In this document: piece after piece, positions 49,101 through 58,152 of the stretch
Numbering within the stretch: position 1 is the stretch's first letter
Layout: each line of letters starts with the position of its first letter
NCBI GenBank assembly: GCA_027365105.1
Contig: DAHXNZ010000002.1
Coordinates: 85,916-149,915 of the forward strand
Direction of reading: 5' to 3'
DNA: 64,000 nucleotides
DNA from: Thermoplasmata archaeon
GTDB taxonomy: Archaea > Thermoplasmatota > Thermoplasmata > Lutacidiplasmatales > UBA184
Made by a program: the position numbers and the translations under genes
The notes under the pieces: model-generated
What the model saw: the letters and a program-made list of their open reading frames with translations, nothing else
What the model was told of the DNA's origin: nothing
The model's database searches: none

Positions 49101-49501
49101 GACTCCGCCGCGGTCACCACGAGGTAGGACGGAGCTACCGTCGTGAAGATCTCTCGGACTGCGTTCACGTAGATCGTGTCGATCGGGACCGACCCGGGCG
49201 GCCCCAGAGAGATGTTCTGAACCATCCAACCCGGACTGTTCTGACCCGAAGCGGCCAAGGTTCGGCCCGCCCCGGCCGGCCGTCTCACCGTCGTCGCGAC
49301 GGAGGAATGGTACTCTCCAATGGCCCGCTGGGCCGTTCCACCGGATGAGAGCGTGGCCGAAGGAGCCTCACCTAGGGGTGCGGGGTGGGAACCCCCGGAC
49401 GCTGCGACGGGCACAGAAACCGCCAGCCCGGATGCCAGCAGGCAGGCGACCAGCAACATGGAACTCGCGACCGGGCCAGCCCGGCGCTGCCGGCACTTCA
49501 C
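46172..49501 (-). CDS. large secreted/anchored surface protein: signal peptide, YVTN-type beta-propeller repeats, four to five 'ESGLPxGTxWSV' modules, C-terminal TM anchor
   Basis: GTG start preceded by GGGGGGAGG. Signal peptide MKCRQRRAGPVASSMLLVACLLASGLAVSVPVAAS. Repeats such as SGIAFDPRTDEVVIANPLANSVSVVSL. Many N-x-S/T sequons. FNESGLPPGTLWSVDLNG and EEVGLPSGTNWSVSLG. The C-terminus is WAWFGLGSVVAGAAVGGAALLGKRR. Confidence 0.8.
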   Translation of the reverse strand: MKCRQRRAGPVASSMLLVACLLASGLAVSVPVAASGGSHPAPLGEAPSATLSSGGTAQRAIGEYHSSVATTVRRPAGAGRTLAASGQNSPGWMVQNISLGPPGSVPIDTIYVNAVREIFTTVAPSYLVVTAAESGATVARFNLGQNVSDLTYDNQTHQVLIMSSSASELFAVNVTSLQPGQPIALPGLPLAMAFDAPTGELAVLIYGSTYNTTGMLLLLNGTASTYEVVASIPRAFSVQWGLPDYMTLDTLHQVVYVSGPAGLFCAGVQWVELGSPSVHGMRYDAGGGPVTFDPSADAIYAVGGTTDCPELSISGLSQISVFSGASPNLTGTITLNTTALIGAITDDPATAVVYAAADNGEIYAVSALKQTGVGHYPMATECPSAMSIDYPTGTVYVADRCGNELQVVSLASGGLSPMIVGGGGPSGIAFDPRTDEVVIANPLANSVSVVSLSTGQRIQIGGITEATAVVYDPVTSEVFVVGLGGVVAVLSDRSWTVTDEFALPIPSPGEGWGQVAAAFDSWTGQVFVSEFDYNVSDFGSTVYLISGSTKDIISSFTISADLGPVTAMAFDPVNGSMWLATDGDIGWVNPTTLTLDHVREVGISPLSLAYDGATRTMYVGGALLPNTSGSVDNAILGLNASTGGTVSFTVVGAEPSALVWSAATHTILAASLYGSRISIMNDTTHLIVGSPLVGSGLDAMVSAFGTGSAYAVSSTSNTLSILIPPPTFTVRFNESGLPPGTLWSVDLNGATHNSSGSSIAFAEPNGTGPFSVPNVPGWRAAPTSGIVTVNGADVGPVNIAFTPVTYLVTIEEVGLPSGTNWSVSLGATTRSSGSSGIGFELPNGSYPVYPWDVQGFESHPNETQLTVHGAPVRLGVTYEPPTAGTYRVTFVQTGQPFPIDWQIQMGPLLPGTDGAGSVVQGGPGPTHTLPLGIQGVPNGTYVWTVLRPSGPGAPPPSYYPFPSRGTVVVNGSSVVVHVTYRYSYPFYFDVQGLPGNTPVTLQIPNETTMGNGSGEYLLMIPNGTYVWRITAPGYPPQSGTVSLQGVPGITVRVVPFATSPWSSLPSWAWFGLGSVVAGAAVGGAALLGKRRHGGGGTSPEPSASPPPPR

Positions 49502-49711
49502 GGACCTCCCCCCAGCGTACTACCTCGTCACCCCGTAAATGCCTTGGCCGCCCGGTTTTACAGCCCTTCCGGCTCCCCTCGGCCCGAGAGACGATACTCC
49601 CTCCGCGACGCCGACGCCGTTCGCCCCGTCGGTGAGAAGTCCATCCGCCACCGTGATTCTGCTCTTGGAATGGTAAGGTAATGGTTCGATCTAGCCGAGC
49701 AATACCCTGTT

Positions 49712-50110
49712 GTGCCGCGCGGGAAGAGGAACGGTCGAAGGCTTCGATCTGCCCGAAGGCGTTGCCGTGGTTTGGGATCCGCTCGCGAGGAGCGACGGAG
49801 GCTGGCCCACCGTTGGCTTCGGCGCGGGGTCTCCGGGGTCGATATGGCCCGTGGTCTCGGGGTTACCTGGGGAACCGTCGGGGCCTGGGACAGTGGGACA
49901 TTCCGTCGACGGAAGGACGGGGAGAGTCTTCCTGCGGGAGCACCAGAAGCGTCTGGAGACGCGTCGGTTCCCACCGTATGCACCGGAACCGAATCCGGAT
50001 GAACAGGTGCGGACGGTGCTGAAGCACCAGCCAATGGCGAACGGGTGTCCGAAGACCCGCGATGAGATCCGGACAGGGGTGGAACGGGAGCTGCGATGGA
50101 TGCAACCGTT
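49712..50110 (+). pseudogene. internally deleted IS630-family transposase remnant
   Basis: One frame has the HTH-like part LAHRWLRRGVSGVDMARGLGVTWGTVGAWD. Another has the C-terminal catalytic-region motif RRFPPYAPEPNPDEQVRTVLK. Together they cover under half of a normal IS630 transposase. Confidence 0.55.
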
Positions 50111-50530
50111 CCCCGGATCGGTGGGGCGGTCCATTCGGTCTTCGGATTCGCCCTGCCTCCCTTGGCTCCGGCCGGCCCAAACCGATAGGGAAGCTTTCGG
50201 CGCCTTCCACCACAAAGGGCAATATGGACGAACCGGTGTCCGTAGCTCCATGCCTGGGGACCCGGGAACGGTTTCGCACGAGCCACCGGCGGGCGACGTA
50301 GCCGCCGCGGTTGCCGACCTTGAGGCCGACCGGGCGGCCCGCCGGCGGAACCGGCCATTCCGGGACGTCCGCGACCGGGAGCGGCGCGTGCCCCTCGCAT
50401 TCGGACGCTCCGACGGAGCAACTCCGATCGGCTCCCCGAAACGGGGAGCGCCGACGGTCCGGAGGCTCCAGCGTGCGGTCGAACACCGCGATGCCAGGGC
50501 GGGGGCCCCGTCCGAAAAGGCGGGCTTCGT

Positions 50531-51193
50531 ATGACCCCCACCCGGACTGCCCACCCTCACCGCGAAGGGGGCTGGACCCTCGAGGCCGCCCGGGCACGCC
50601 TGGGCCGCCGCGACCGGGTGAAGAGCGAGGACCCGAAGGCCCTCTGGGTCAAGGTCGGGCTTCCCCGGGGCGCCACGGTCGTCGACGTTGGCTGCGGCAT
50701 CGGCTTCTATGCGATCCCCGCCGCCCGCCGCGTGGGACCGAAGGGACGGGTCTGGGCCCTCGACATCTCCGGCGAGCTGGTCGACTGGGTCAACCACCGG
50801 GCCGAGGCCCTCGGGCTGCCTCAGCTCACCGCGCGCCGTTCGACGCCCCGGCGGCTCCCCCTGCCCACGGGGTCGGCCGACTATCTGCTCGTCGCGAACC
50901 TGCTCCATGGGATCCTCGCTCCGGAGTCGCCGATGCTCCGGGAGATCGCCCGACTGCTCCGGCCCGGGGGGCAGTTCATCAATGTCGACTGGGTCCGGCG
51001 TCGGACCGAGAGCGGCCCGCCGTTCAGGATCCGGCTCTCCCCCACCGCCGCCCGCCGAGCGGTCACCCCGTTCGGATTCGTCCACCGGGCGACCTGGGCA
51101 CACGGCCCGACCCACTACGCCCAACGATTCGAGCGCGTGGCCCCCGCCGTGCGCAAAGGGATTAATCGGGCCGGCCCTAAGCCCGGAAAATGA
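50531..51193 (+). CDS. class I SAM-dependent methyltransferase
   Basis: VVDVGCGIGFYAIPAARRV (motif I), ALDIS and LLRPGGQFINVDW. Confidence 0.8.
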   Translation: MTPTRTAHPHREGGWTLEAARARLGRRDRVKSEDPKALWVKVGLPRGATVVDVGCGIGFYAIPAARRVGPKGRVWALDISGELVDWVNHRAEALGLPQLTARRSTPRRLPLPTGSADYLLVANLLHGILAPESPMLREIARLLRPGGQFINVDWVRRRTESGPPFRIRLSPTAARRAVTPFGFVHRATWAHGPTHYAQRFERVAPAVRKGINRAGPKPGK

Positions 51194-52164
51194 AGGCCCT
51201 CGTCCTGATCGGCGGCTTCGGAACCCGCCTGCGGCCGATCACCTATACGGTCCCGAAGCAGCTCATCCCGATCGCCGGAAAGCCGCTGCTCTACCATGTC
51301 TTCGATCTGCTCCCCCCTGAGGTGGACGAGGTCGTGCTCGCGACCGGATATCTCTCGGACGCGATCGCCTCGTTCGTCCGTGACCACCCCCTGCCCATCC
51401 CGGTCCGACCGGTGCCCGAGGCGACGCCCCTCGGCACCGGTGGCGGAATGCGGAACGCCGGAGACGACCTTTCCGATCCCTTCTTGGTCTTGAACTCCGA
51501 TGTGATCGCGGACGTCGATGTGCCGGCCATGATCCGGCTCAAGGCCCGCCGGGCCGGCGCCGGCGTGATGGCGCTCTTCGAGGTCGACGATCCGAGCCCG
51601 TACGGCGTCGCGGTGCTGGGCGCCGATGACCGGATCGAACGGTTCGTCGAGAAGCCCGACCGGGCCTCGGCGCCGTCCCGCTGGATCAACGCCGGGGTCG
51701 CCCTGTGGACCCGGCCGGTCCTCGACGCGATCCCCCGGGGCCGGGCCGTCAGCTTCGAGCGCGAGATCGTGCCCGGCCTGCTGGAGCAGGGCGTCTACGG
51801 CTTCCGGTTCTCCACCTTTTGGGAGGACGCGGGGACCCCGACGCGGTTGCTCAATGCGCAGCGGCTCCTCTTCCAGCACGGACGGGCCGCCCACCGCGGC
51901 CGACCCCCGGGCGCCCTCGGTTCCGCCCAGGTCTCCGCATCGCCGACCGTTCGGGCGACCGGGGCTTCCTTCGGCGATTTCGTCACCCTCGACGAGCACG
52001 TCGTCGTCGAACCGGGGGCGCACCTGGCCCAGAGCGTGGTCATGGCGGGGGCCACGATCGAGCGGGAGGCCTCGGTCATCGGCTCGATCGTCGGCCCCGG
52101 TGCCCGGGTCCGGGCCGGCCACCGGCTCCAGGACGGGATCCTCGGTGCGTCGGCCGAGGCGTAG
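51190..52164 (+). CDS. sugar-phosphate nucleotidyltransferase (NDP-sugar pyrophosphorylase) with a left-handed beta-helix C-terminus
   Basis: MKALVLIGGFGTRLRPITYTVPKQLIPIAGKPLL is the signature G-x-G-T-R-L-x-P...K motif. ATGA overlap with the methyltransferase gene. Confidence 0.85.
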   Translation: MKALVLIGGFGTRLRPITYTVPKQLIPIAGKPLLYHVFDLLPPEVDEVVLATGYLSDAIASFVRDHPLPIPVRPVPEATPLGTGGGMRNAGDDLSDPFLVLNSDVIADVDVPAMIRLKARRAGAGVMALFEVDDPSPYGVAVLGADDRIERFVEKPDRASAPSRWINAGVALWTRPVLDAIPRGRAVSFEREIVPGLLEQGVYGFRFSTFWEDAGTPTRLLNAQRLLFQHGRAAHRGRPPGALGSAQVSASPTVRATGASFGDFVTLDEHVVVEPGAHLAQSVVMAGATIEREASVIGSIVGPGARVRAGHRLQDGILGASAEA

Positions 52165-52167
52165 CCT

Positions 52168-53205
52168 TCAGTAGCCCGGGCCGGTCACGACGACCCGGAG
52201 ACTCTCCGACGGCCGGGCGGCCCGATCGAAGGCGGCCGCGATCTCCCCGAGCGGGAACCGGTCCGAGACCAGGCCGTCGAGCGAGAGGCGGCCGGTGACG
52301 AGCATCTCATGGACCGCCCGGATCTCGGGGTCGGTCGTCGCGTAGGCGGGAATGATCCGGATCCCCCGGAGGTAGATCGACTGGAGCGGCTCCTCGAGCC
52401 GGCTCTCCCGCTCGGGCACCCCGAAGAGGTTCACTGTCCCGCCCGGGCGGACCTGGTCGAAGGCGAGCCGCACGGCGGCCGGGGCGCTCGCCGCCACGAC
52501 CGAAAGATCGGCCCCCTCCCCGCCCGTGGCCGATCCCACCCGCCGGCGGACCTCGGCGGGGTCGCGCGGGTCGACGGCGGCGTCGAATCCGCCCCGCTCG
52601 GCGGCGGTCCGGCGCCGGGCCGAGATCTCGGCGCCTCCGACCCACCGCGCGCCCAAGGCCCGGGCGAGGCGGCCGTAGAGGAGACCCACCGGACCGAGGC
52701 CGACCACGAAGACCGACTGACCTTCGGTGAATCCGACCCGGTGAAGGGCCGTGAGGGCGCAGCCGGCCGGTTCGAGGAGCGTGCCCGCCTCCCAGCTGAC
52801 CGAGTCATCCAGGCGCAGGACGGCGCCCCGTTCGAGATGCTCCCGGGAGACCCGGAACCGCTCCGCAAAGCCTCCGGGGTCGAGGTTGGTCCGGGCGTAC
52901 TCGGCACAGAACGGGTACTCGCCCCGATCGCAGACGGCACAGTGGTAGCAAGGCACGTGATGGTGCACAAAGACCCGGTCGCCGGTCTTCAGGGTGGCGA
53001 CCCCCGCGCCGACCGAGTCGACGACGCCGACGGGCTCGTGGCCCAGGGTGGTGCTGCGGGAATATCCCCCCCGGACCTTTTCCAGGTCGGTGCCGCAGAT
53101 ACCGCAGGCGGCGAGGCGGACGATCAACTCGCCCGGGCCCGCGACCGGGACGTCGACGTCGGCGAGGTCGATCGCCCCGGCGGCACCGAGCCGCCCGACC
53201 TTCAT
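52168..53205 (-). CDS. zinc-dependent alcohol/threonine dehydrogenase family (MDR) oxidoreductase
   Basis: CGICGTDLEKV...GHEPVGVV...GDRV..HHHVPCYHCAVCDRGEYPFC (catalytic and structural Zn sites). GLGPVGL (Rossmann). Start at MKVGRLGAAG (53205). ATGA overlap with the upstream gene. Confidence 0.85.
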   Translation of the reverse strand: MKVGRLGAAGAIDLADVDVPVAGPGELIVRLAACGICGTDLEKVRGGYSRSTTLGHEPVGVVDSVGAGVATLKTGDRVFVHHHVPCYHCAVCDRGEYPFCAEYARTNLDPGGFAERFRVSREHLERGAVLRLDDSVSWEAGTLLEPAGCALTALHRVGFTEGQSVFVVGLGPVGLLYGRLARALGARWVGGAEISARRRTAAERGGFDAAVDPRDPAEVRRRVGSATGGEGADLSVVAASAPAAVRLAFDQVRPGGTVNLFGVPERESRLEEPLQSIYLRGIRIIPAYATTDPEIRAVHEMLVTGRLSLDGLVSDRFPLGEIAAAFDRAARPSESLRVVVTGPGY

Positions 53206-54596
53206 AGCGCGTCGCGCGCGGCCCGGAGAGAGGCCTCGAGGATCTCGACCCCTTCGTCGATCTCGGCCGATTGGATGATGAGGGGGGGGATGTACCGGAT
53301 CGACGATCGTCCGCACCCGAGCAGGATCAATCCCCGGCGGGCCGCCTCCTGAAGGACCCGGTCGCGGAAGGCGACCGCGGGGGCCTTCGTCCTGCGGTCC
53401 TGGACGAATTCGGTGGCGATCATGAGTCCCAGACCCCGGACGTCGCCGATCTGCTCGTACCGGCCCATGAGCTCCTGGAGCCGCCCGAGGAGGTACGCCC
53501 CCTGCCGACGGGTGTTCTCCAGGACCTTCTCCCGTTCGATGACGCCGATCGTGGCGAGGGCGCTCGCGGCCGCGACCAGGTTTCCCCCGAAGGTGTTCGA
53601 GTGGGCCCCGGCGACCGGGTAGTCGAGCGAAGCCCGGGCGATCAGGGCGCCCATGGGGAGTCCGCCACCGAGGGCCTTCGCCATCGTGATGAGATCCGGC
53701 TTCACCCCGTGGTGCTCGATCGCGAACCACCGGCCCGTGCGGCCCATCCCGGCCTGGACCTCGTCATCGATGAACAGGATCCCATGCTCGTCCAAGATCG
53801 ATCGGATCGCGCGGTGCCATCCCGGCGGAGGCACGACATATCCGCCTTCGCCGAGGACCGGTTCGGCGATGAACGCGGCCACATCCTCGGGAGGAATCGA
53901 GGTCTCAAAGTAGAGTTCCTTGAGGATCTTGGCGCAGTACAGGTCGCAGCTGGGGTATTCGAGCCGGTATGGGCAGTGGTAGCAGGTCGGGGCCGGGATG
54001 TGATGGCCCCCGCCCGCGTACGCCTCGAAGCGGGCCCGCTGGACCGGCTTCGAGGCGGTCATCGTGAGCGACCCCATCGTTCGACCATGGAAGGCGCCCA
54101 GTAGCCCGAGGGTGATGGGTCGCTGACGCTGCCAGCGCGCCAGCTTGAGCGCCGCCTCGGCACTTTCGGTCCCGCTGTTGGTGAAGAAGACCTTCGTCGG
54201 ACCGTCCATCGGCGCGATGTCCGAGAGCTTGTGGGCCAGCTCGACCTGCAGGTCGTAGTAGAAGTCGGTGCCGGCGAAGTGGGGGAGCCGGGCCGCCTGC
54301 TCCTGGACCGCACGCACCACGGCGGGGTGGCAGTGGCCCACGTTGAGCACGGAGATGCCCGAGGCGAAGTCGAGGAGCCGGTTTCCGTCGACATCGGTGA
54401 TCCAGACCCCCTCGCCGGAAGCCGCGACGATCGGGGCCGACTTGGTGGACCGAATCAGGTAGCGCTCGTCCCCTTCGATGATGGCCCGGGCCTTGGGGCC
54501 GGGGATCGGGACCCGGATCCGGACCCCGGGAGGGGAGGCGGCACCTCCGGCCGGCACGGCGTCATGAGGGGGAGTGGGGGGGTTCGTTGTCACCAT
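53202..54596 (-). CDS. class III pyridoxal-phosphate aminotransferase (GabT/acetylornithine aminotransferase-like)
   Basis: DVDGNRLLDFASGISVLNVGHCHP...FFTNSGTESAEAALKLAR...LFIDDEVQAGMGRTG...PDLITMAKALGGGLP. Start at MVTTNPP (54596). Confidence 0.9.
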   Translation of the reverse strand: MVTTNPPTPPHDAVPAGGAASPPGVRIRVPIPGPKARAIIEGDERYLIRSTKSAPIVAASGEGVWITDVDGNRLLDFASGISVLNVGHCHPAVVRAVQEQAARLPHFAGTDFYYDLQVELAHKLSDIAPMDGPTKVFFTNSGTESAEAALKLARWQRQRPITLGLLGAFHGRTMGSLTMTASKPVQRARFEAYAGGGHHIPAPTCYHCPYRLEYPSCDLYCAKILKELYFETSIPPEDVAAFIAEPVLGEGGYVVPPPGWHRAIRSILDEHGILFIDDEVQAGMGRTGRWFAIEHHGVKPDLITMAKALGGGLPMGALIARASLDYPVAGAHSNTFGGNLVAAASALATIGVIEREKVLENTRRQGAYLLGRLQELMGRYEQIGDVRGLGLMIATEFVQDRRTKAPAVAFRDRVLQEAARRGLILLGCGRSSIRYIPPLIIQSAEIDEGVEILEASLRAARDAL

Positions 54597-54600
54597 GCAA

Positions 54601-55659
54601 TCACCGCGGACGGAGGGAGGGGGCCCGTAAAGCCGTTTGGACCGGCCGGGGGTCCGACCGACGCCCCGTTTCGTCGTCACGGAATCGCAGGTAGGCTGCG
54701 AAATCGGCCGGGAACTGAGGACGCGTGAGGCAGATCCGGACCCCGCCGGGATCGCCGAAATAGACGCCCGGGGCGACGAGAATCGATCGCCGGAGGGCGC
54801 GGACGGCGAGGCGTCGGGCATCGACTCCCGGCGTGCGGTCGAAGAAGACCGGAGCGGCCAGGCCCGCAGCCTCCGGGCGATGACGGGCCAACAACGGCCG
54901 GTACCGGTCCAGCCGGCTCCGGGCCTCCCCGAGGAGACGGTCGCGCGCCTCGAGGCACCCGATCGCGCCGGCGAGCGACGCCGGGCCCACCGAGTCCGTC
55001 AGCAGGGTGTGCCAGCGTCGGAACCGCTCGGCCTCCTCCGGAGGAGATACGATCCAGCCGACGCGGAGCGCATCGCCACCGTAGGCTTTCGTGAACGTGC
55101 CGGTGCACCACCAGCCGCGGTGACCCGGTGCGGCCAGGGACGGCGCTTCGGTGAACTCGCGGAACGTCTCGTCGATCAATACCGCCCGGTCGCCGTCCGT
55201 CCGGGCCTCCATCTCGCGGCGCTCCCAGAGCCCGCCCTCCGGGTTGCGGGGATTGGAAACCACGGCCACCGCCGCCGGACCCCGGGCCGGCCCGGCCGAG
55301 AAGCCAGAGGCGAGGGCGGCCTCCCAGAGGGGAACATACTCGGGCATCCACGCGCGCACCCGACCCGGCGATCCCCGGGCCCGGCGCCCGGTTCGCGCGA
55401 GGTAGGCGAGGACAAGCGCATTGCCTTCGGTGGCCCCGTGGGTGAGATAGATCCGTGAGGGATCGATCCCGAGGAGCTCCCCCAGCCGTTCACGCAGGGT
55501 GGAGGTCGTCGCCCGATCGATCTCCCGGCGTGACGGTCGGGGCGGCCGCACGACGCCTACCATCCCGCTCACCGAGAGGTTGTGGCGGACCCCGGCATGG
55601 CTCTGGAGCCAGTGGAAGAACCGATCGGTTTGCGCCCCCGGCCCGTCCGGATTGCCCAT
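54601..55659 (-). CDS. class I/II pyridoxal-phosphate aminotransferase (histidinol-phosphate aminotransferase/CobD-like)
   Basis: THGATEGNALVL, VVSNPRNPEG and TGTFTKAYGGDALRVGW (PLP-Lys context). Confidence 0.8.
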   Translation of the reverse strand: MGNPDGPGAQTDRFFHWLQSHAGVRHNLSVSGMVGVVRPPRPSRREIDRATTSTLRERLGELLGIDPSRIYLTHGATEGNALVLAYLARTGRRARGSPGRVRAWMPEYVPLWEAALASGFSAGPARGPAAVAVVSNPRNPEGGLWERREMEARTDGDRAVLIDETFREFTEAPSLAAPGHRGWWCTGTFTKAYGGDALRVGWIVSPPEEAERFRRWHTLLTDSVGPASLAGAIGCLEARDRLLGEARSRLDRYRPLLARHRPEAAGLAAPVFFDRTPGVDARRLAVRALRRSILVAPGVYFGDPGGVRICLTRPQFPADFAAYLRFRDDETGRRSDPRPVQTALRAPSLRPR

Positions 55660-55743
55660 GGTTCCCCCAGGGTTGCGTCGGGCATAACTTCAGGCGCCGG
55701 ATCCCGTCCGCCAGCATTAACAGTCCCGGCGACTTGGCGGACC

Positions 55744-58152
55744 ATGCGGGTCGAACGCTACCGGCTCCAGCTGTCCCTCGATGCCCCCCAGCCGACCTTC
55801 CACGGTACCGTCGAGATTGAGATGGTGGATGCCCCGGCGAACCTGGCCGTCAATGCCGTGGGACTGACGCCCCGGCAGGCGCAGGTCAACGGGAGCCCGG
55901 TCTCGGTGGAGATCCACGCCGACCAGCAGGAGTGGGTCCTGCGGGGGAGCCCGGCGTCGCCCCGGGCGCAGGTTCGGCTGGAGTTCGAGGGATCGGCGGC
56001 CGGATCCAGCCTGGTGGGCTACTACCGCAGCCGCTTCGGCCACGACCACATCTTTTCGACCGACTTCGAGCCGGCCTCGGCCCGCCAGGCCTTCCCCTGC
56101 ATCGATCGCCCCGACCAGAAGGCAATCTTTGACGTGGAGATCGAGGCCGCCTCCGACCAGTCCGTGATCTTCAACACGCCGCCGGTCGAGATCCTCTTCG
56201 AAGGGCAGCGTCGCCGGTGGAAATTCCAGTCGACCCCCCCGATGGCGACCTACCTGGTCTTCTGGGGCGTCGGACCGTTCCAGGAGAAGAGTTCCCGGGC
56301 ATTCCGGGTCCCCATCCATCTCGCCTACCCGAAGGGGAGGGAGGACGCGACCGGATTCGCCTTGGACGCGACCCCACGGCTCCTCGCCGCCTTCGAAGCG
56401 TACTACGGGGTCCCGTACCCGCTGCCGAAGCTGCACCTCGTGCCGGTCGCCGAGTACGGTGCCGGCGCGATGGAGAACTGGGGGGCCATCACGTTCCGGG
56501 AGCGCATCCTCCTGATCGAGCCGAAAAGCTCGGTCATCCTGCGCCGCCTGAGCGCCTCCGTCATTGCCCATGAACTCGCCCACATGTGGTTCGGGGACCT
56601 CGTCACGATGGCGTGGTGGAACGACCTCTGGCTCAACGAGAGCTTCGCCACCTTCATGGGGACCAAGATGCAGGACCGGGTCTTCCCCGAGCACGAGGCG
56701 TTCTCCACGCTGCTCGTCGGACGGACCGCCGGCGCCCTGTTCCTCGACGGAATGGAGTCGACGCACCCCATCCGGGTCGAGGTCAAGGATCCGCTCGAGA
56801 TCCGTCAGGTATTCGACGGAATCTCCTACGGCAAGGGCGCGAGCGTGCTTCGGATGATCGAGGCCTACCTCGGGGAAGACGTGTTCCGCCAGGGCGTCCA
56901 CGAGTACCTGAAGGAGTTCGCCTTCGGCAACTCCCGGGGCTCCGACCTGTGGCGCCACCTCGCGCAGGCCTCCCACCAGCCGGTCGACCGGATCCTCGAG
57001 ACCTGGACCGGGGTCCCCGGATACCCCGTCCTGAGCGTCCGCCGGACCGGCTCGACCGTGAAGATCACCCAGCATCCCTTCCGCTACCTCGGGACCCCCC
57101 CGGACCAGCTCTGGCCGGTGCCGTTGACCTACCGCATCGGGACCCAGGAGGGACGGTTGCTCCTGGAGGGGGCCGAAGCCACCCTCGAGGCACCGGTCGA
57201 TTCGCCGGTCCTGCTCAACGCGGGCCGGCATGGCTTCTACCGCGTCGAATACGACGTCTCGGGATCCGAGGCCTTGGCCCGGGCGTGGCCCGGCCTCAGC
57301 CCGGTCGACCGCTGGGGAATCCTCGACGACCTGTACGCCTTCCTCCAGGCCGGCCGCGTCGACTTCGCGGAGTACCGGCGCTGGGTCGAGCGAACGCTGG
57401 ACACGCCGGACCACATCCTCGTGCTGCAGCTCGAGGGCCAGCTGACCGCCCTGGCCCGCCTCGTCAACTACGCCGGCCCGGTCGCCGCGCTCCAGCAGGA
57501 GTTCCTCGCGCGCCAGCGCCACCGCCTCGGTCTCGACCCGAAGGCCAACGAACCGGAGAACCAGGCGGCCGAACGGGAACCGATCCTGATCGAAAGCGCC
57601 GTCTCCGACCCGGCGACCGCCCGGACGCTGGCGGCCCGGTTCCCCCGGTACGACGACCAGGACCCCTCGCTCCGGACCGCGATCCTCATCGGCCGGGTAC
57701 GGGAGGGAGGGCCGGAAGGGTTTGCCGGCCTGCGGGCCGCCCTCCTCAAGGAGACCCGGGACGAAGAGGGGGTCCGGCTGGTCAACGCGCTGGCCTACGC
57801 CCGCTCGGCCGACCAGCTCGGAGATCTCCTCCAGTTGACGCTGAGCGGACAGGTGAGCCGGATCTACCTGGTCCAAGCCCTGATCACCTCATCGGGGAGT
57901 CCGGAGGGGGCGGCCCCGAGCTGGGAGTTCTTCCGCACCCATCTCGACGGGATCCGCCAGATCGTCCAGGGAACCCCGTTCGTCTCCAGCCTGCCCGAGT
58001 TCTGCTTCCCGCGCTGGGGGCTCGTCGACGGGAACGCCCTGCGCCACTTCCTGTCCGCCCACCCGCTACCGGAGATGGACCGCGGGATCCGCAAGGGACT
58101 CGAGAGGCTGCAGATCCTCGAAGGATTGCGGGCCCGGTTGCCGAAGGCCTGA
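55744..58152 (+). CDS. M1-family zinc aminopeptidase (tricorn-interacting factor F2/F3-like)
   Basis: GAMENWG and HELAHMWFGDLVTMAWWNDLWLNESFATF (HExxH-x18-E). Start at MRVERYRLQL (55744). Confidence 0.9.
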   Translation: MRVERYRLQLSLDAPQPTFHGTVEIEMVDAPANLAVNAVGLTPRQAQVNGSPVSVEIHADQQEWVLRGSPASPRAQVRLEFEGSAAGSSLVGYYRSRFGHDHIFSTDFEPASARQAFPCIDRPDQKAIFDVEIEAASDQSVIFNTPPVEILFEGQRRRWKFQSTPPMATYLVFWGVGPFQEKSSRAFRVPIHLAYPKGREDATGFALDATPRLLAAFEAYYGVPYPLPKLHLVPVAEYGAGAMENWGAITFRERILLIEPKSSVILRRLSASVIAHELAHMWFGDLVTMAWWNDLWLNESFATFMGTKMQDRVFPEHEAFSTLLVGRTAGALFLDGMESTHPIRVEVKDPLEIRQVFDGISYGKGASVLRMIEAYLGEDVFRQGVHEYLKEFAFGNSRGSDLWRHLAQASHQPVDRILETWTGVPGYPVLSVRRTGSTVKITQHPFRYLGTPPDQLWPVPLTYRIGTQEGRLLLEGAEATLEAPVDSPVLLNAGRHGFYRVEYDVSGSEALARAWPGLSPVDRWGILDDLYAFLQAGRVDFAEYRRWVERTLDTPDHILVLQLEGQLTALARLVNYAGPVAALQQEFLARQRHRLGLDPKANEPENQAAEREPILIESAVSDPATARTLAARFPRYDDQDPSLRTAILIGRVREGGPEGFAGLRAALLKETRDEEGVRLVNALAYARSADQLGDLLQLTLSGQVSRIYLVQALITSSGSPEGAAPSWEFFRTHLDGIRQIVQGTPFVSSLPEFCFPRWGLVDGNALRHFLSAHPLPEMDRGIRKGLERLQILEGLRARLPKA

